The position numbers and the translations under genes are program-made. This document shows, one piece after another, positions 1-14,600 of a stretch of 64,000 bases of DNA (positions are counted from its first letter, which is position 1; every line of letters begins with the position of its first letter). This DNA is from Podarcis gaigeae (Eukaryota), in NCBI GenBank assembly GCA_964106915.2, contig OZ066918.1; one strand, written 5' to 3'. The notes beneath the pieces are model-generated. The model ran no database searches and was not told the DNA's origin. It saw only the letters and a list, made by a program, of their open reading frames with translations.

Positions 1-494
1 GGACGACTTATAGACAGAAAAGTGCGGTACTCACCCATCTTATGGGTCTGGGTTATGCAGTACTACAGCCATAGAGCTCACACAACATCCCACCAAACCA
101 TTTCCTGCTGTTCGCCTTGTCATTACTGTGCGTATAAAGTGTCCAGGGGTGGTCACAGGGCCTGAATTGAATACAAAGCCATGTGGATCCATTGCTTATG
201 CAGACCGTTGATTTCTTTTTCAAGCAAGTGGTATATAAATCTTGCTAAATACAATAGAATAAACCAGGAGCACACCAAATCCACACATCAACAAGCCTGC
301 TAGCTGGGGGAGGGAAGAATTCTATAGGCCGTTACTTAAGAAGCCTGTGATCCTCTTGACATAGAAAGCCAGGTGCTTGTGGAGACCTGATCAGGTGCTA
401 TTAAGGTATATAAAGGCCCACAGACCTCCTGTCTTCCATCAGTCTGGGCACTGCATAGTGGGGGCAGGGGGAGGGGCTTGAGTGAGGTGGCTAA

Positions 495-672
495 GGGCCA
501 TAGCTAAGTGACAAAGAATCTGGTTTAAATGCGAAAGGTCCCAGGTTCCATCCCCACATCTCCAGGTAGGGCTGGGAGAGACCAGTGCCGGAAATCTGGA
601 GGCTGCTGCCAGTCTGTGTAGGCAACAGAGAGCTAGACAGGTCTGACTCACTGCAAGGCAGATCATGTTCCA
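495..672 (+). mobile_element. tRNA-derived SINE, Squam3-like, degraded
   Basis: gggccatagctaagtg...aaggtcccaggttccatcccc (A/B boxes)...catctccaggtagggctgggagagac...ctgccagtctgtgtaggcaac...gagctagac matches the common squamate SINE body from memory. Confidence 0.7.
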
Positions 673-1254
673 TACCTCCAGGTTTCTGGCTTACGGTCAA
701 CCTGCTCACAGCCTGTCTGCTACTGACCTGCCAGCCTGTCTCATCCCCCACCTGCCTTTATGATCTCTTGCCTGACATCTGACAGGCACCCTGCAGGGAG
801 TTGTCTGCAGTGCAAAGGGCTCCAGGTGATACTGCAGATGAAGGCCCAGGTTTCTTGCCCATCTTTCTCCCTTCTTTTTCACACACCTGCACCTTCAAAT
901 TCCAAGCTGCTTTCCAATAACCCAAATTAACTTGAGTTTAGGTTTAACCTCTATGTTAATTAGGAAATGCTTGTTAAGCTCATTGAAGATAAAAAGGGGC
1001 TAAGAAAAATTCTCAGTATAAAATCCAAGGGAAAGCAAAATGAGGGAGGGAGGGAGGGAGGAAAGAAGGCTAAGTTAGGAGAAAAAGTAGCAATGAAGTC
1101 AGCTTCGTGATCAGAGAAAGACTGGGGAGGAACCAGAGGTCAGTGAGTAGAGAGCAGGCGTTCGGCCTGAAGAAGAGCTAAGGTTCAATCCAGTTATAAG
1201 AATCAGGTAGCAAGTGCCCAAGACCCTGGAAAGCAATCTTGGGTTTGCCTAGAT

Positions 1255-1395
1255 CAGGCATCCCCAACCTGCGGCCCTCCAGATGTTTTGGCCTAAAACT
1301 CCCATCATCCCTAGCTAACAGGACCAGTGGTCAGGGATGAGATGATGGGAATTGTAGTCCAAAACATCTGGAGGGCTGAAGGTTGGGGATGCCTA
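1255..1395. mobile_element. hAT-type palindromic MITE with 8-bp TSD
   Basis: TIR caggcatccccaacct / aggttggggatgccta; near-palindromic body; direct repeat gcctagat at 1247-1254 and 1396-1403. Appears nested in a decayed Squam3-like SINE (about 1138-1425). Confidence 0.88.
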
Positions 1396-2104
1396 GCCTA
1401 GATGGACAAATGGCCTGGCCTGTTATTCATTAGTTTCTTATCTACCTATGTACTCTATGTCTCCTCCTCTCATAGAAGTGGGTGACTCTGTCCATCTCAA
1501 AGAGCTAGAAGATATTCTGGGCCTCTTCACTAAGGTCAGATCCACATCATTCTTTCAAACGTCATGGCTTCTCCTAAAGAATCTCAGGAACGGTAGTTTC
1601 CCCCTCATGAGCACCCTCAACAAACCACAGTTTCCAAAGTCCTTTGGGAGCAGCCATTGCCTTGACTGTATAGTGTAGATGAGCTCAAGGTAGTTGTAGG
1701 AAGAAGGTGTATTTCCTGACACAGAACCAAGGACACTGAGTTGTGTCTAGGCAGCAAGGCTGGCCCACCCATGAGGCAAGGTAGGGAATTGCCTCGGGCG
1801 GCAGGATCCACAAGAGCAGCAGATTCCAGTGTAAATCTTTATTCCCCCCGTAACTGATGTAGATCTTCATTCACCTGTTCTTCCCAGGCATTTTGTGGCA
1901 CTGATGCTGCTAGGCTGCTATGCACTTTTATCAAGTTACAGCACATGCAATTTTTCTGAGAGTCACTGAATATTGCATTCAACAGTGTTGCGACAATTGC
2001 CTGCAAACTGACATGTGCAGGGCTTTCAGGGCGTTTCTCGTGGCTCTCTCTCTATATATCTATAAATCAATCAATCAATCATATCCCATTTCCTTTCCTC
2101 CAAG

Positions 2105-2190
2105 GAACCCAAGGTCACTCAGTGAACTTTATGGCTGAGTCAGGATTTGAACCCTGGTGTGCCAGGTTCTAGTCCCAACATGCTAACCAA
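2105..2190 (-). mobile_element. tRNA/CORE(MIR)-like SINE 5' fragment
   Basis: Reverse complement tggttagcatgttgggactag...cagggttcaaatcc...tcagccataaagttcactgagtgaccttggg: A box, B box and start of core. A related copy lies at 59215-59315 (+). Confidence 0.55.
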
Positions 2191-3739
2191 AGAGGCTCCA
2201 ATGATCTTAACATGTTTTCAGCCAGCCTGGGGCTGTGAAAATGACTTACCTGTGGATAATTATTTCCCCCACAACCAGTCTGTTTATTGGAGCTTTATAA
2301 CTCAAAAGAAAGATCTTTAATCTCTCTTTCTTTCTTAAGCAGGACTGTGACTCTGACCTAGAGAAGGTGGGTGGGAGGTGAGAAAGAGAGAAACTGCTGT
2401 GTTTTTATTTAAACAGAAGAATCTACACGTTAAAGCTCCTAATAGGTTTCAGGCTAGCCAAAGCAGGAAACCAAAGACTGTGTGGGGGCCAAGTGAATGC
2501 TTATAGCAAGTTCCAGGAAGTGTTACTTAGTAATCTGGCTAAGCCCTCACAAACACAACTTGTGTAGGCAGAGTTGAGAAAACAGCCACGCGGCACAAGG
2601 AGTCAGGCTAGGGAGAGAGCAGGGAACCAAGTGAATGAGAATCTAGCAAATGCAGATGAACAGCTGATGATCCTGGGTCCCACAGATACCAGCAAGATGA
2701 TGATATTCAGGGAAGGCTCCTCCCAGTAAAATGGTGTTGTGGAGATGACAGGAAGGCCTAAGCTCCTGCACTAACGCCTGCCCTTTAAAAGCCGCATGAA
2801 GCACCTTTATCCGGCCTGGCTTGTTGCACATAGCCAAACATAGCAGTAAACACAAAGGCTAGAAACACACTTTAATAAACTATTTTAAAAACTGAATCTC
2901 AGGGATTAGCTTGCAAGGCACCAGAAAACTAGGGTCCATTCACTGGTAGTTACCATAATCAGAGCACAATGAGATTTCTGTGTGCCAAAATATGCAAAAA
3001 ACCAAAACAAAACTGTGCAATGCAGCATTTATTTTCCAAGATCTAGATTTCAAATACTTTTTGTTTTTTTAAAAAACACAAATAGAATAAGGAACACTAG
3101 CATAGGTAGGAGGTGGGGTGGGGGTGGGGTCACACTAGGTGGCCACTTACCGTGGGGGCAGCACTTACGGCAGTGCCTGCAGCTCGCCTGGGAGTGACGC
3201 GGTGGCTTGGGCACCTGCAGACACCATGTTGCCCAAAAAGGCAGTGTGGGGCTTGTGTCCATTCACTGCCTCCACCTCAGCCACCCTGCAGTGCCCCATG
3301 CCCCAGCTCGCCCTGCCCCCAAGCCCTGACAAGGAAGGAGAAGAGGACATGAAAACAGGGGGCAGGCCATTGGAGCAGATAGAAAGGCATGCAGGCAGTT
3401 CAGGAGCTGTACCCAGTATCCTCCAGGCTGTGACCGGCAGAACGTTAGTCTGGTCTTGCCTTTTCACTGCACAAGGAGAGGGGTCTGGCTCAATTAACCA
3501 GGTTCAGCTTCCTCCATTTGCAAGATACAGAATAATGCAGAGGGAGATGGGAGGAAAACAGTCTTTTATTTTTTAATTGGAAAATCTCCACCTCTGCAAG
3601 AAAGTTTGGGCTCTAAAGGAGGCATACTTTTTTTTGGTATCTTTGTTGGATGCCACCCATACTGGCTGGGGCAACTCAGTCCAGTTAGATGGGCAAGGTA
3701 TAAAATAAATTAGTAGTATACCGTACTATTATTATAAAG

Positions 3740-4162
3740 TGCAGGTTTGATCTATAAAGCCTTAAACGGTTCAAGGCCGCAATACCTCAAGGACTGCCTC
3801 TCTCCATATGATCATAGGACTGGACCCTTTGACCATCACCTGAGGCCCTTATTTGTGTGTCCCCTCCACAAGAGGTCCGGAGGGTGGCAACACGAGAACT
3901 GGCCTTTTCTGCAGTGGCTCCCTGCTTGTGGAATGCTCTCCCCAGAGAGCTCACCTGGTGCCTTCATTACGTATCTTTAGGTACTAGGCGAAAACATTCA
4001 AGCAGGCCTTTGACTGATTAAACAATCTATGGCCTTTAGAACTGTGTGTGTGTGTGTGTGTGTGTGTAGTGGGTATTACGTTACACATTTTTGTGTTTCT
4101 ATACTGTAAACCGCCCTGTGATCCTCTGATGAAGGATAATATATACATTTAATAAATAATAA
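3740..4162 (+). mobile_element. L2-clade LINE 3' end remnant
   Basis: IYKALNGSRPQYLKDCLSPY followed by a frameshifted AFSAVAPCLWNALP motif; gtaaaccgccctgtgatc...aataaataataa tail; (TG)n at 4043-4067. Confidence 0.75.
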
Positions 4163-5419
4163 CTACTGGTCACACGTATTTCTGGGCAACTTAATCTGCA
4201 GCACAAGCCCCTTCCTGCTTTTTCCTTAGCTCATGCAGACACTAATGCCAACAGAGTTGGGAGATCAGTTATTTAAATCTTAGCATTCACTTTCTGCACA
4301 GCATCCTTGATGCATCTTCACAGTTCAAAAACCAAGTTGTTTCATATTGCCCAATGTTAAGGCTGACCAGATGCCTAAGGGCACTTCCAGATACATGTTT
4401 TGCAGAAGACTGCAGCAGCCTGCCACCATTGGACCAGATGGGACTAGTAGGATCACACAGCTACTATACTAGTAGCAACTCCTTGTGCTCCCCCCCCCTT
4501 AGATCCTTTGTGGTTTGCTTCTCTCATTGCTGCTAGGATCAATGCCTGGGAGTGCATTACCTTATTTTTTCCTTGGTTCAGGTGCTTCAGAGCAAAAAAG
4601 AATTGCAGACTGAGCAGCTCAGCTCATGCAAAGCATGTCTGAACTTTACGACGACGGTAAGGAAATCAGTGGCAATAAAAACGTTCTGCAGCCCTTTAGA
4701 AGAAACAATCAAAAACTAGAATTCACTCTGGGATAGTAGAAAATATTTGGAAGTGGTAGGGAAACGGTGTCAGCCCCATTATTAGTTGATCGCTGCCTAA
4801 AGAGGTAAATGTTGGCTGGTCTGCAAGAGCAAGCCCATAGCTGCCTGTATGCTGTAGGCGTATGCCTCCTCCAGCCTCAGTGGAGATTTAGCATTCAGCC
4901 CAACCTCAAAGCAGTTGAAATATTAACTTTGTGCCATAGGCCAGATGCACATTGCCTGAGGGTGGTGAGCACAGAACTCTTTCTAAATGGCTGAGTAAAT
5001 CAATGCCCCATTCTTGCTGGTATTCTGTACCTCCCACACCCGTGTAGATATACTCTTAATCTGTATGCACCTACTATCTTGTGTGTCGGCAAGATCTAAC
5101 TTTTCGTATCATATGAGAATGCCCTATATGCATTCAACACAAAAAGAAATTCCAAATTCTGCACTGAAATAAATCCCAGAGTATGAGTTAAGAGTGAACC
5201 AACTCTGCAGGTATCTTGTGTTATGCACCACTTTCCAGTTTCATATAATGGAAACATCTGTAATTTTTAGTAAGGAACTGGGCACTGAATGGCATGAAGG
5301 AGACAGGAGTGGGCTGTAAGGGTACAGTAACAAGCCTGAATCAGGGCTTTGCTTAAAACATGGGTGAGGAACTGGTGACCCTCCAGATGTTAAAGCATAA
5401 ATCTGTAATGTATGCTTTA

Positions 5420-5492
5420 ATTGAGATTCCTGCTTTGCAGGGGTTTGGACCAGATGATTCTCAGGGTCCCTTCCAATTCTACAGTTTTATAA
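5420..5492 (+). mobile_element. CR1-like 3' tail fragment, nested in a decayed hAT MITE (about 5358-5590)
   Basis: gagattcctgctttgcaggggtttggaccagatgattctcagggtcccttccaattctacag is the same tail as the SINEs at 33331 and 53782. Confidence 0.65.
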
Positions 5493-5719
5493 ACCTGTGA
5501 CTACCAACTTCCATCAGCTCCATCAATGTTCAGGGATGATGGTGTCTGTAGTCCTGCATCAATCATTTGGAAGCCCTAGGTTACCCCCCCTTTGGCCTAT
5601 GGGTACCCACAGAGTTCCTGAGCTGAGATTTGAACTGTCAGTCTTCCAATAAAGTTCACCCCCCCTTTGCTTAAGAACACTAATATTTATCCCAGGGAAT
5701 ATCAAACAGTAACAAAATC

Positions 5720-6480
5720 CATATAAACATGGGGAGAAAGTCCAACAGAGGAATCAAAACGGCTTCCCTGTCAAATAAACAAATCCTGCCATCAATTTCC
5801 AGTTATCAGGTGGTTCTCAATATGAAATATATTCATACCTTAGTTCATAAAATATTCCTTGTCTTAATTCCCTTCTGAAGCCTTTAGACTTTTGCATTTG
5901 TTCTTATAGTAATACAATATCCCACACTTGTGTGTATCATCGCTCAACTGCAGACCCCTCTTCTGTTTTTCATATCCAGGTTATAAATGGCCTAGCAATC
6001 TTCAAGAGGAAAATTGTTAGCTCCTTATCCGTTACTTCTGCCAAATCATTTTGAAAGACTGCTAATATAAATGTAGGACTCACCTAAAAACATTTGACCA
6101 GAATGACTGGAACCTTGTACACTGCCACCACATGTGGAAGGATATTCCAACCTCTGCAACTCCAACTGAGATGATTATATATTCTACTGAAAGTGAAATA
6201 CCATCTCAGTGAAACTTTAAATGTGTTCTCCCTGATCCTTGATGACACAGATGGAAATGGCTCCCTCCCCCGAAAAAGTTCATGCTTTTAACCTACACTC
6301 TACATTCTCCAAGGCTGTAGAGGATGAACAAGTACAGGCCTCTTCCCTCACCCTTCATTTGCTGAATACTTGTCCAGCCTTCATTAAAGCTCTCCTCCAC
6401 ATTCAACACTAGAATTAGGATGCTGATCCCATACCAGATACTATAGCGATGCAAAATACAAAAACAAGACACCCCCTCAC
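5720..6480 (-). mobile_element. Degraded L1-clade LINE ORF2 3' end
   Basis: Minus-strand fragments IRENTFKVSLRWYFT and SFHMWWQCTRFQSFW resemble the C-terminal Cys/His domain of squamate L1 ORF2. Boundaries approximate. Confidence 0.6.
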
Positions 6481-8332
6481 AGCCCTATCTATGTGGAATT
6501 GATTCCATGTCCTCCTTTGACCCAAACCCACAGGCAATGCTAGACTGCTACGGATCTTTGATTAAAATTGTGGATGTACCACTCGTTGACTTTGGGAGCC
6601 TCCAATTCAATTTCAGGCACGAATGAAGCACAGAGGAGCTCCATCTTGTCAATTTCCTTTAGCTCTTTATAACACATAAGCGCCATTTTTGTGTGGTTCT
6701 TAATGTGGCTGTAAAAACACAGAGAAACCCATCAGGGCTGAGATTCACTGAATCAGAATTCAGACAGGTACTGTAGCTAGAAATTTGGATGAAAGAAAGA
6801 TTTTATTTACAATTTTTGGGGAAAAGATGTGAATTTAGCAACACTGAAATGTAGATGGAATATGTGTCTATTGGTCCTCAAAGTGATCACTGGATACATG
6901 AGACACAATCTTCCCTAGCAGCAATAACTTCCAATGCTATAGGCCTCTGCCATTCAAGAGCATTGATGCACTAAAGTGAGAAACAAGATCCAGTGAGGAG
7001 CCACAGTATTTCTATGCAAGCAAAGTACAACAGACTGGGGGATCCATGCAGTTTGGGCATGGATGTGTCTGGTGTGCCACAGAATGCTTCACATGATACC
7101 TCCACAATTGACTGTGGGAGTTGTACAGGAATATGGGCTAGGTGGGGCAACAAACGTAATTTTTTACCTTTGTACACTGATAGGCTAGTTTTTACACTTG
7201 CACAGCCCTCCCCTGCCCCAAATCCAGAAAATAAGAGGCACAATCAGTGTTCAAAACACACTGCAGCCAAGCAAAAACATTTGGGTGCAATGTCAATGAG
7301 GAGTATAGCCTGGAAACAGAGAGGTCTAAAAAGCCCTGTTTGGCTCTTGAGCTTGAGGTTCCCCTGATCTAGTCCGATAGAGCTAACTGTCCCCAACATA
7401 GGCTGAAGAAAGGAAGACTCTTTGTAGGAGTCAGGCCCTCTACAGAACAGGGTGTTATGGTGGGACCAAGCCTCAGTGAGTATTTCTAACCTCTGAGGAA
7501 GGTGTCTTCATTTAAACTGCAATGTTCGATGTATACAAATAAGGTTCATTTTGTGTGAAGGCCAAGACTTGCCTGTTATTACTTTAATAAAGCCCAGGTG
7601 TTTTTCACAGATACATTGCAAGGAAGCTTGGAAACATAAATGTTATATTAATCACCTTCATTCTCTTTGTCCTTTCTTGCAGAGGCAAAAACCCCAACAG
7701 CCCTATTATAGACATTAAAACTTTGAACACTTGTCCTCAAGCCAGTATTTTAGGATCCAATTTAATGCGCAAATGATTGCCGTTAAGACAAGTCACTATC
7801 ACACTCCATCTGCAATTCAGTGTGGTAACAGTACAAGTGGCCACTACTACCCATGGGAATGTGATTTGTAGGAGTGTGACTTGAACCTTGGAGTTGTTGA
7901 TCACAGTACAGAACTCAATCCATTCTTGACCACAGCGGTTATGGTATATCCACCCTGTCCAAATATAGCACACACAAAAACGTTAATCAGAGCAACTTAA
8001 TGTGCAACTGTGGTTGTGAGGGTAAAACTGATAAAAAATTGTAAAAGCACCTACCACTTCAAAGTAAGTGCCATGGAAATTATTAATACAAGCCTTCTCC
8101 TGAGGCAGATCATATTGTGCAAAAGGAAACAGACCACATCAGAGGACCGTTGATAAGCAAATGCTGGGGCCCAGGCTCTTACGTTTGTGTGCAGACAAAG
8201 GGCCCCCTAACCTGGCTGAAGCTTGTAAAGCACTGGAATGAGAAAGTTAAACAAGAGTTAGAGTATAAAGTCTCATTTATCAGTTCTGCAATCACTCAAT
8301 AAATGCACACAAGACACAACTATGCAAACAAG

Positions 8333-8338
8333 TTTAAT
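8333..8338 (-). promoter_or_regulatory. Candidate distal polyadenylation signal (ATTAAA)
   Basis: Minus strand reads tgtgtattcaaagtgc-ATTAAA-cttgtttgcatag-ttgtgtcttgtgtgc: an upstream UGUA element and a GU-rich downstream element at typical spacing. Confidence 0.45.
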
Positions 8339-8612
8339 GCACTTTGAATACACAGGAGGGAAACAAAGCTTTGTGATCACAAAAATATTACAAAAAGTAG
8401 TTTTGCGCAGGTGAACACACACCGGCACTGTGATAATGTAAGAATATACATTAGAAACTAATATAAAATATTTTTAAAACCTCTGCTAGTTTAGGTTCCC
8501 ATTGTTTTTTTGGTAGAAAAAAAGGCATACTACAAAGTACTGAGAATTTCACTGCAGGAATGGCAAGCCATTTTCAGACAGCTTCTGCAATGTCCTTAAG
8601 ATTTTTGTTGAG

Positions 8613-8614
<2 letters not shown>

Positions 8615-8662
<48 letters not shown>
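8615..8662. repeat. (AC)n microsatellite; (GU)n in the SUFU sense strand
   Basis: 24 uninterrupted AC units. Confidence 0.95.
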
Positions 8663-8663
<1 letters not shown>

Positions 8664-11600
8664 ACACATAGATGAACTACAAAAAGGTTCATCTCAGCTG
8701 AAGCTGGTAAAAGTAGCCTCAGCAGTCAGAATTAAAAATTGAGCAAGTCTAAGGATTAGGTCCTCCAAAAGCAAAACCACTCATTTTGTTTTCTAGCACT
8801 ACAGCCATCCAAATTATAAAACTACAGTAACAACAAGAGCACTATCATGTAAAAAATAAAATAAATCCACCCTGCTTTAACAGTGAACTCTGGTTCCTAC
8901 CGATATAAAACAGTCTCAAGAAAGGAAGGCAAAGGCAAACCTGGAGTGTAACATTACCTTAATTTATTCCTTTAAGTCTCATTTGCTGTGTTTAGCAGCA
9001 GCGACAATCTGATCTGCTAGAACTGAACACCAATGCTATGCTCCTGAGCCCTCCCACCCAGGATCCAGCACACGGAATGGCCCTAAGAATGGGGGCTGGG
9101 CCACAAAGCCCGCGGCTTTTAGGAGCTTTCTTCCACGATGGCAGTTTGATCCTGCTAAATTGTGAACTGCAGCTCCAGAAAAGCCAGGCCCCAGACTGTG
9201 TAATTCATCAGCAATCAGAGCACAGAATCTTTTGAATTAACTCACTGGTTTTATCACTTTAATAGGTTTCGCTTTCCCTAAGGTAGGTGAAGTCTTTATA
9301 CAGAATTGAGATTCTGTTCAGTGTTGAAAGGGAAACTAGCGAAAGGGATACTCGGCTTAAACCTGAGCCAACAGATCCTTTGAAGACAATTGCACACTCC
9401 TGTGTTTCCCCAGAATATTAACCAGGGCTGGCAGTGGCTATCCTCTCTTATTGAAGGGCCTACACTAACATGCACTATTGTCAACAAAGCTCAAACCATT
9501 CTCCCCCTCTTTTTCCATTATGTAGAGGAGCAGTGATGAATACAAACCTTTGTCATCAGGCAGCCATGTTGATTTCAACCCAAACTAGGAAACAAGCAAA
9601 GGGAAATGTGTGCAGGAGGGCGAGGAGAGTAGTAAGAGAAGTGTTTGCAAAACCAGAACCATCAGCTGGTAAGCAGATTCTGGTCTGTGCTTTTAAACCA
9701 ATCTGGTTTTCTGAAATTAAAGTGTATTTGATTGAGCCCTTTAAACATTTACTTCACACGCTGGCATTCATTACGCTACTCTGCTATCAGGCTTCCACAT
9801 TTCAACAGTGAATCATAAAAGTAGGTAGATGGAAAGGGTATTTCAGAATACTTCTCCAACCTCCTTATTAGCTGGCTGGCAGAAAGTAGAAAAGGCATAC
9901 CTTTATGACAGCCTTGGAATGATACTGTAAAGCTAATGTACCACTTATTACGACTTTATGGTCTGTAAGCAATCTGAGGAAAAAATAATTGTGTATGAAA
10001 TGAAGAAGCTGAAAAGTGCATAATGCCCATGGGTTAATTGTCTGAGAGGCAGGTCAGCCTAGGGATCATTTTGAAACCCTCATCAGCTACAGGCTCATTT
10101 TCTGTTTGACATTTTGGATGCTCAGCAAAGGAGGATTCAAAAGAGACAGAACAACTAAAGGTAGGAAAAGCTACAGTAACATAGGGCTGCCAGAATATGA
10201 AGGTATTCTTTCTGTTCCTATAAATTACAATGATGGTAGTGGTGGAGAGAAACATTAAACATTAACACATTTTTGCCCCAAGCCATTAAAAACACTTCTG
10301 CAAATACATTTGCTTTCTGACCCTTACTTCCCTTGCTTTTATGTGTAAAGGGCTTTTCTTTAAAACAGTTCATGATTTTCTCCCTGCTGCTAGAAAAACA
10401 CAAGTGTGATGAGATGGAGCAATGAACTCCACCAGCATGCATGCAGATGTGAAACCCATGCTTTCATCTGCCATAGAAGTGCCTGACACTTCAGATCTGC
10501 AAAGCTAAGTGGGTGGTCATGGTGCAGTGCAAAACATGCTGAAGAAGCTTGAAGTGTGCATGTAGAGCATCTCTGTCCAACCAACCATCTGGCTTAGTGG
10601 CAAAGTTCAGATTTACACACCAGAAAAACAAAATCCTGAGCTATTATATCTAATGGTGCATACCGAAGTACAGGAGCAAGCTTCTTTTGTCCCTGTGGGG
10701 TAAGCTCAGTAACCCTCATTCTTTACTCTCTCTCTCACACACACTCTCTTTGCATTGAGCACTGGTTTCTAGGCCACCCTAACCCTTCTCTGCTGAGCTG
10801 CCTGTATTTCTTGTTATCTTTAAAGTGCTGCTGGTAGGACCTTGCATTTAAACAATCATACAGTGCCTGACTTATTGATGATTAAAGAGCCATCATTTAT
10901 TCTGAAGCTGAAAATTATTACAGGCAGAGGTTGTTTCATGGTGTCACAAATGTCCAGCAAGTTAGCACTTTGAGCAGCCCCTTCAGCTTCAAATTGACAT
11001 GTGTAATATGGTTTAATGCAAATGAGCAGTGTGCCGGAATGAGCTGGGAGCAACAATCCACAGGTGGTGTGTCATCTAAACTTAAACGCATGGCTTGGTT
11101 CCCCCAAACAAACCAGGAGCATGGGTTTGGACGACATGACAAGTCAAGTCTTGTAGTTTGTTGCTCCCAGTATGATGCAGCCAAGAGCGAGGGAGGAGCA
11201 AAGCAGGGACTTTTGAGCAGTGTGCACCAGCAAGCTGCTCATTCACATTAAACCACAGTTAAATATTAACTATGGTTTAACCTTACATGCAAACACAGCG
11301 GATGAGTGTGCTTTGAAGAGGGGAGTGGATTCTGTTTTTATAACTTCCCTTGCTACCAATGTCAGTGCCATGGGGGAGAGGAAACCCACAAAAGTGGGGA
11401 TGGAATTTTTTTGTTTTGCTAAAACTATATTCTTATAGCTTGCAGTGTTCTCATGTGAAATTCTACAGCCCATCTATATTTTGCTCACTTACTTACTGAC
11501 TGCTTCATATTTAGACAGTAAACCCTCTGGAATGGCTCTTTTGTTGCCATTTGGTCTGATGGCTAGGTTAGCACTGTCCTGGCACATGGCTGGTGCAACA

Positions 11601-14600
11601 GCTGCACTGAAAGTTAATAATTGTCGCAGCAACCGAGGAATGGTGTTTACAGCTCCAGGTGCTGAAGGGATTAAGTAGCAGGTGCAAACCAACTGAAGAA
11701 CAGCCAAAGCTCCAGTTTCCTGTTAGCCACTTTAGTAACTAGCAAGTGGAGAACAAGAGTGCAAAGTAAACTCTTCCTGCCTTGTCTTAGGGTGGGAGGA
11801 ATGGTCAGCATAAGTGACCACAGTGAAAAGTTAGCAATAGACAGTAAACAGAGAGACCAAGCTCCATTCCATTAAGTCCTCTGGGAAGCCAACAATAATA
11901 GTTTCTAGCAGTTACTGCCATAAACTGTTACTGATTAAACACCAAGACACTTTACCTTTGATTTGCCAAAGTAGTAATTTGTGGGTACTTTCAGGCAGAT
12001 ATGAAATCTGAATACTCTGCAAACCCTTCAAGACAGTCATTTTAAATACACTTTGGACCAGTTCTTTCTCTCTAAAGGAATGCTCATGCAGAACAAAACG
12101 TTTAAAAGGTTATGGAAAAATGTAACATCACTGTGGACTTTGCAGCAAACTATCAAAAGCCACAGAAGACTGTAGTCTAGTCTCCAGCTCACAGATCCTT
12201 CCTGAAAAACCCACAAGATTTTTTTTATTTCCAAATTAACATTTCATAGGATTTCTGGCTTTCCATCCATGGATTCTTTCATTTCTCAGATAGGAAACTC
12301 CTCAGCTCTTTACTGCATCCATAGAGGGTAAACTATAGAGAGTAACGAATGAGACAGTATAGCTGTGTAAAGCCTCACTACATTAATTAAACTACTATGG
12401 AACACAAGGCTTCCAAGATAAACTGTAGAAAAGCCAGACAGTTTAGACTCTAGAAATGACTTCTAAAGCCTCACATAATTGAATTCTCCTTCATCCAATA
12501 ACATTTCTATGTACATAGGAAATTAACGTCAGGCAGAAGGTTTCTACTCTCCTCCCTGACATGCCAGTTTTCTATGTGCAAGGATTTTTTCTCTTGCACA
12601 GAGGAGCATTCCGTCATATGAGACTCCATTGCAGTCCTAAGCACAGCAGTCAAGAAACAGCTTTATCATCCCAGCTGCTGTTTGTGAAAGCTAGGCCTAA
12701 TAAGGATGGCTTTTGTGGGGAAAATATGCTAGGTATCTGACAGTAACATTTGAGTGACAGCACACCATTTGAATGCTGAAAGATTTTCCTCATAAGCAGG
12801 GACCCCTTACAAGATTTCACTACAACCTTCTATGGCTTGGCCTATTTCAACCTTGCAGTGTTTTATGCTTAGTCAATTTGGCAATAGCGGTTAGTCAATT
12901 TTGCTTACATTAGCACGTTTGAATTGTGCTCACGACAGCACAACAGCTTCCAAAATACTACAAACTAAGTGAGTGACTCCCAAAGCTTTTTTGCCTTGTA
13001 TGCCCTAAACATCAGACCACACTAGTATACCATGTGATCCTAAGTCACTTAATGTGAAAGGTGAGGTGTCTAGGATTCTGACAGGGAGCCTGTGGACAAT
13101 ATTAGATAGTTTATTGTGAGCTACTTTATGTCACCAGCACATATCTATCTAAACTTGCTCGAGATCCAGTTCCCTAGCCATCAGCCCATGGGTGTACACC
13201 AATTCTGGTGTACATCAGTATACAACAATTCTGAGAAATTTCTGAAGGTCACTTATGCCCGTGACAAAATTTCTAAAGAACCTAAGTATACACAACAAGA
13301 GAACGTGGTATTTTGAACAGTTGCCTAGTTGAAGTGGACTTTCATTCTCTTGGGAAGGGAAGCGAACCAACATGTTTCCTTCTACAAACTTTGTAACAGA
13401 AACTTTCAGAAGATAGTTTTAGGTTGTAGATTTCTGCTTTAGCAGTGCCAGATTTCATTTTCGGTGGTGAGCTATGGAGCTACTACCACTTTCCTCTCCT
13501 AGGAAGTTAGTCAAACTGCCTTTAAACACAAAGTCAAAGTCTGCACAAAATGGTGTTAGAAATACAGTGTAGCTGTCTCAAAATCAGGCCATAACTCTGA
13601 AAATTAACGCCTGTGTATACAGCAGTACATCAAGCTGAATTTTCAAAACATTCTGAAATGGCCTGACTCAATATGCATTAAAATTAACAGATATGCCTTC
13701 CCAAAATATGTGAATGGAAAGTGAAAACATGATTTCAGCAGAAATAAATGTTCTTTGGGAAATTTTGTTTTTAAAGGCAAGTTAGAAACAAGGCAATAGG
13801 TTTTCAGGCATCTCTTTAACTCGTGTACCCTTTTCTATTTCTCTGCAGTATGCGTCAGGAAAATTGGTACAAATCTATAGGAAACTTCAGGAAGGATACA
13901 GTATCAGAATTGTTAACCCAGAAGATCTGGCTGTACCAAGTTAGAAAATAAACACCCAAAGCCCTCTGCTCATTGTACAGCCCAATGAGAAATACCTATG
14001 AAACCCAGTTCTCCATGTACTTGTCCCTTTTACAGGTGACCATGAAACAAGGAAGTTTTGCTTATCTTTGAAGAGTATCAATTATCATTTTGGCCTATTA
14101 CCCTAGGACACACTAAAATAGGTGTTTAATCCTGCGATCCAGTAAATACTTACCTGGTAAGAAGCCCCACTGAACACCATTAAGTTTCGTTCTGAAGAAA
14201 AACACTTAGGCTTGGGTTTCACAGAACTTTTTAAAGCAACCCTTTCCTAAATATAACCCAAGCTGTATCTCTTCCCTAGGGCAAACTCCTGACTTAAATA
14301 GGATGTTTATAGGCCTCAGAATTCAGAATCTAAAATGACAGTTTAAGTACAGCCCCCTTTGTAACATCATGGCAGTTTAGCCAGTGGGACCATGATTCCC
14401 CTGCCAAATCAGTCCCTAGTGTGGCATCAAAACTGATCAGTGTTTCCTCAGTTTGATTGTGTGTACATAAAGTATAAACAAAATGGCCTTTCTGGAGCAA
14501 TAAAAAAAAATCACACTGAAGGAATAATTCTGGCCAGGAGAAGCATGGCTAATTAAAGAATTTGAGAGTTACAAAAAATACTTCTAATGGATTGTGTGTT

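Noticed and set aside
1-8300. Neighbouring gene (TRIM8 follows SUFU in mammals) or its promoter
   Set aside because: I see no RING/B-box coding sequence or CpG island, and the region is mostly decayed repeats.
11024-11039. Exact 16-mer gagcagtgtgccggaa repeated at 39529-39544
   Set aside because: About one such match is expected by chance in a 64-kb self-comparison, and the flanks do not extend the alignment.
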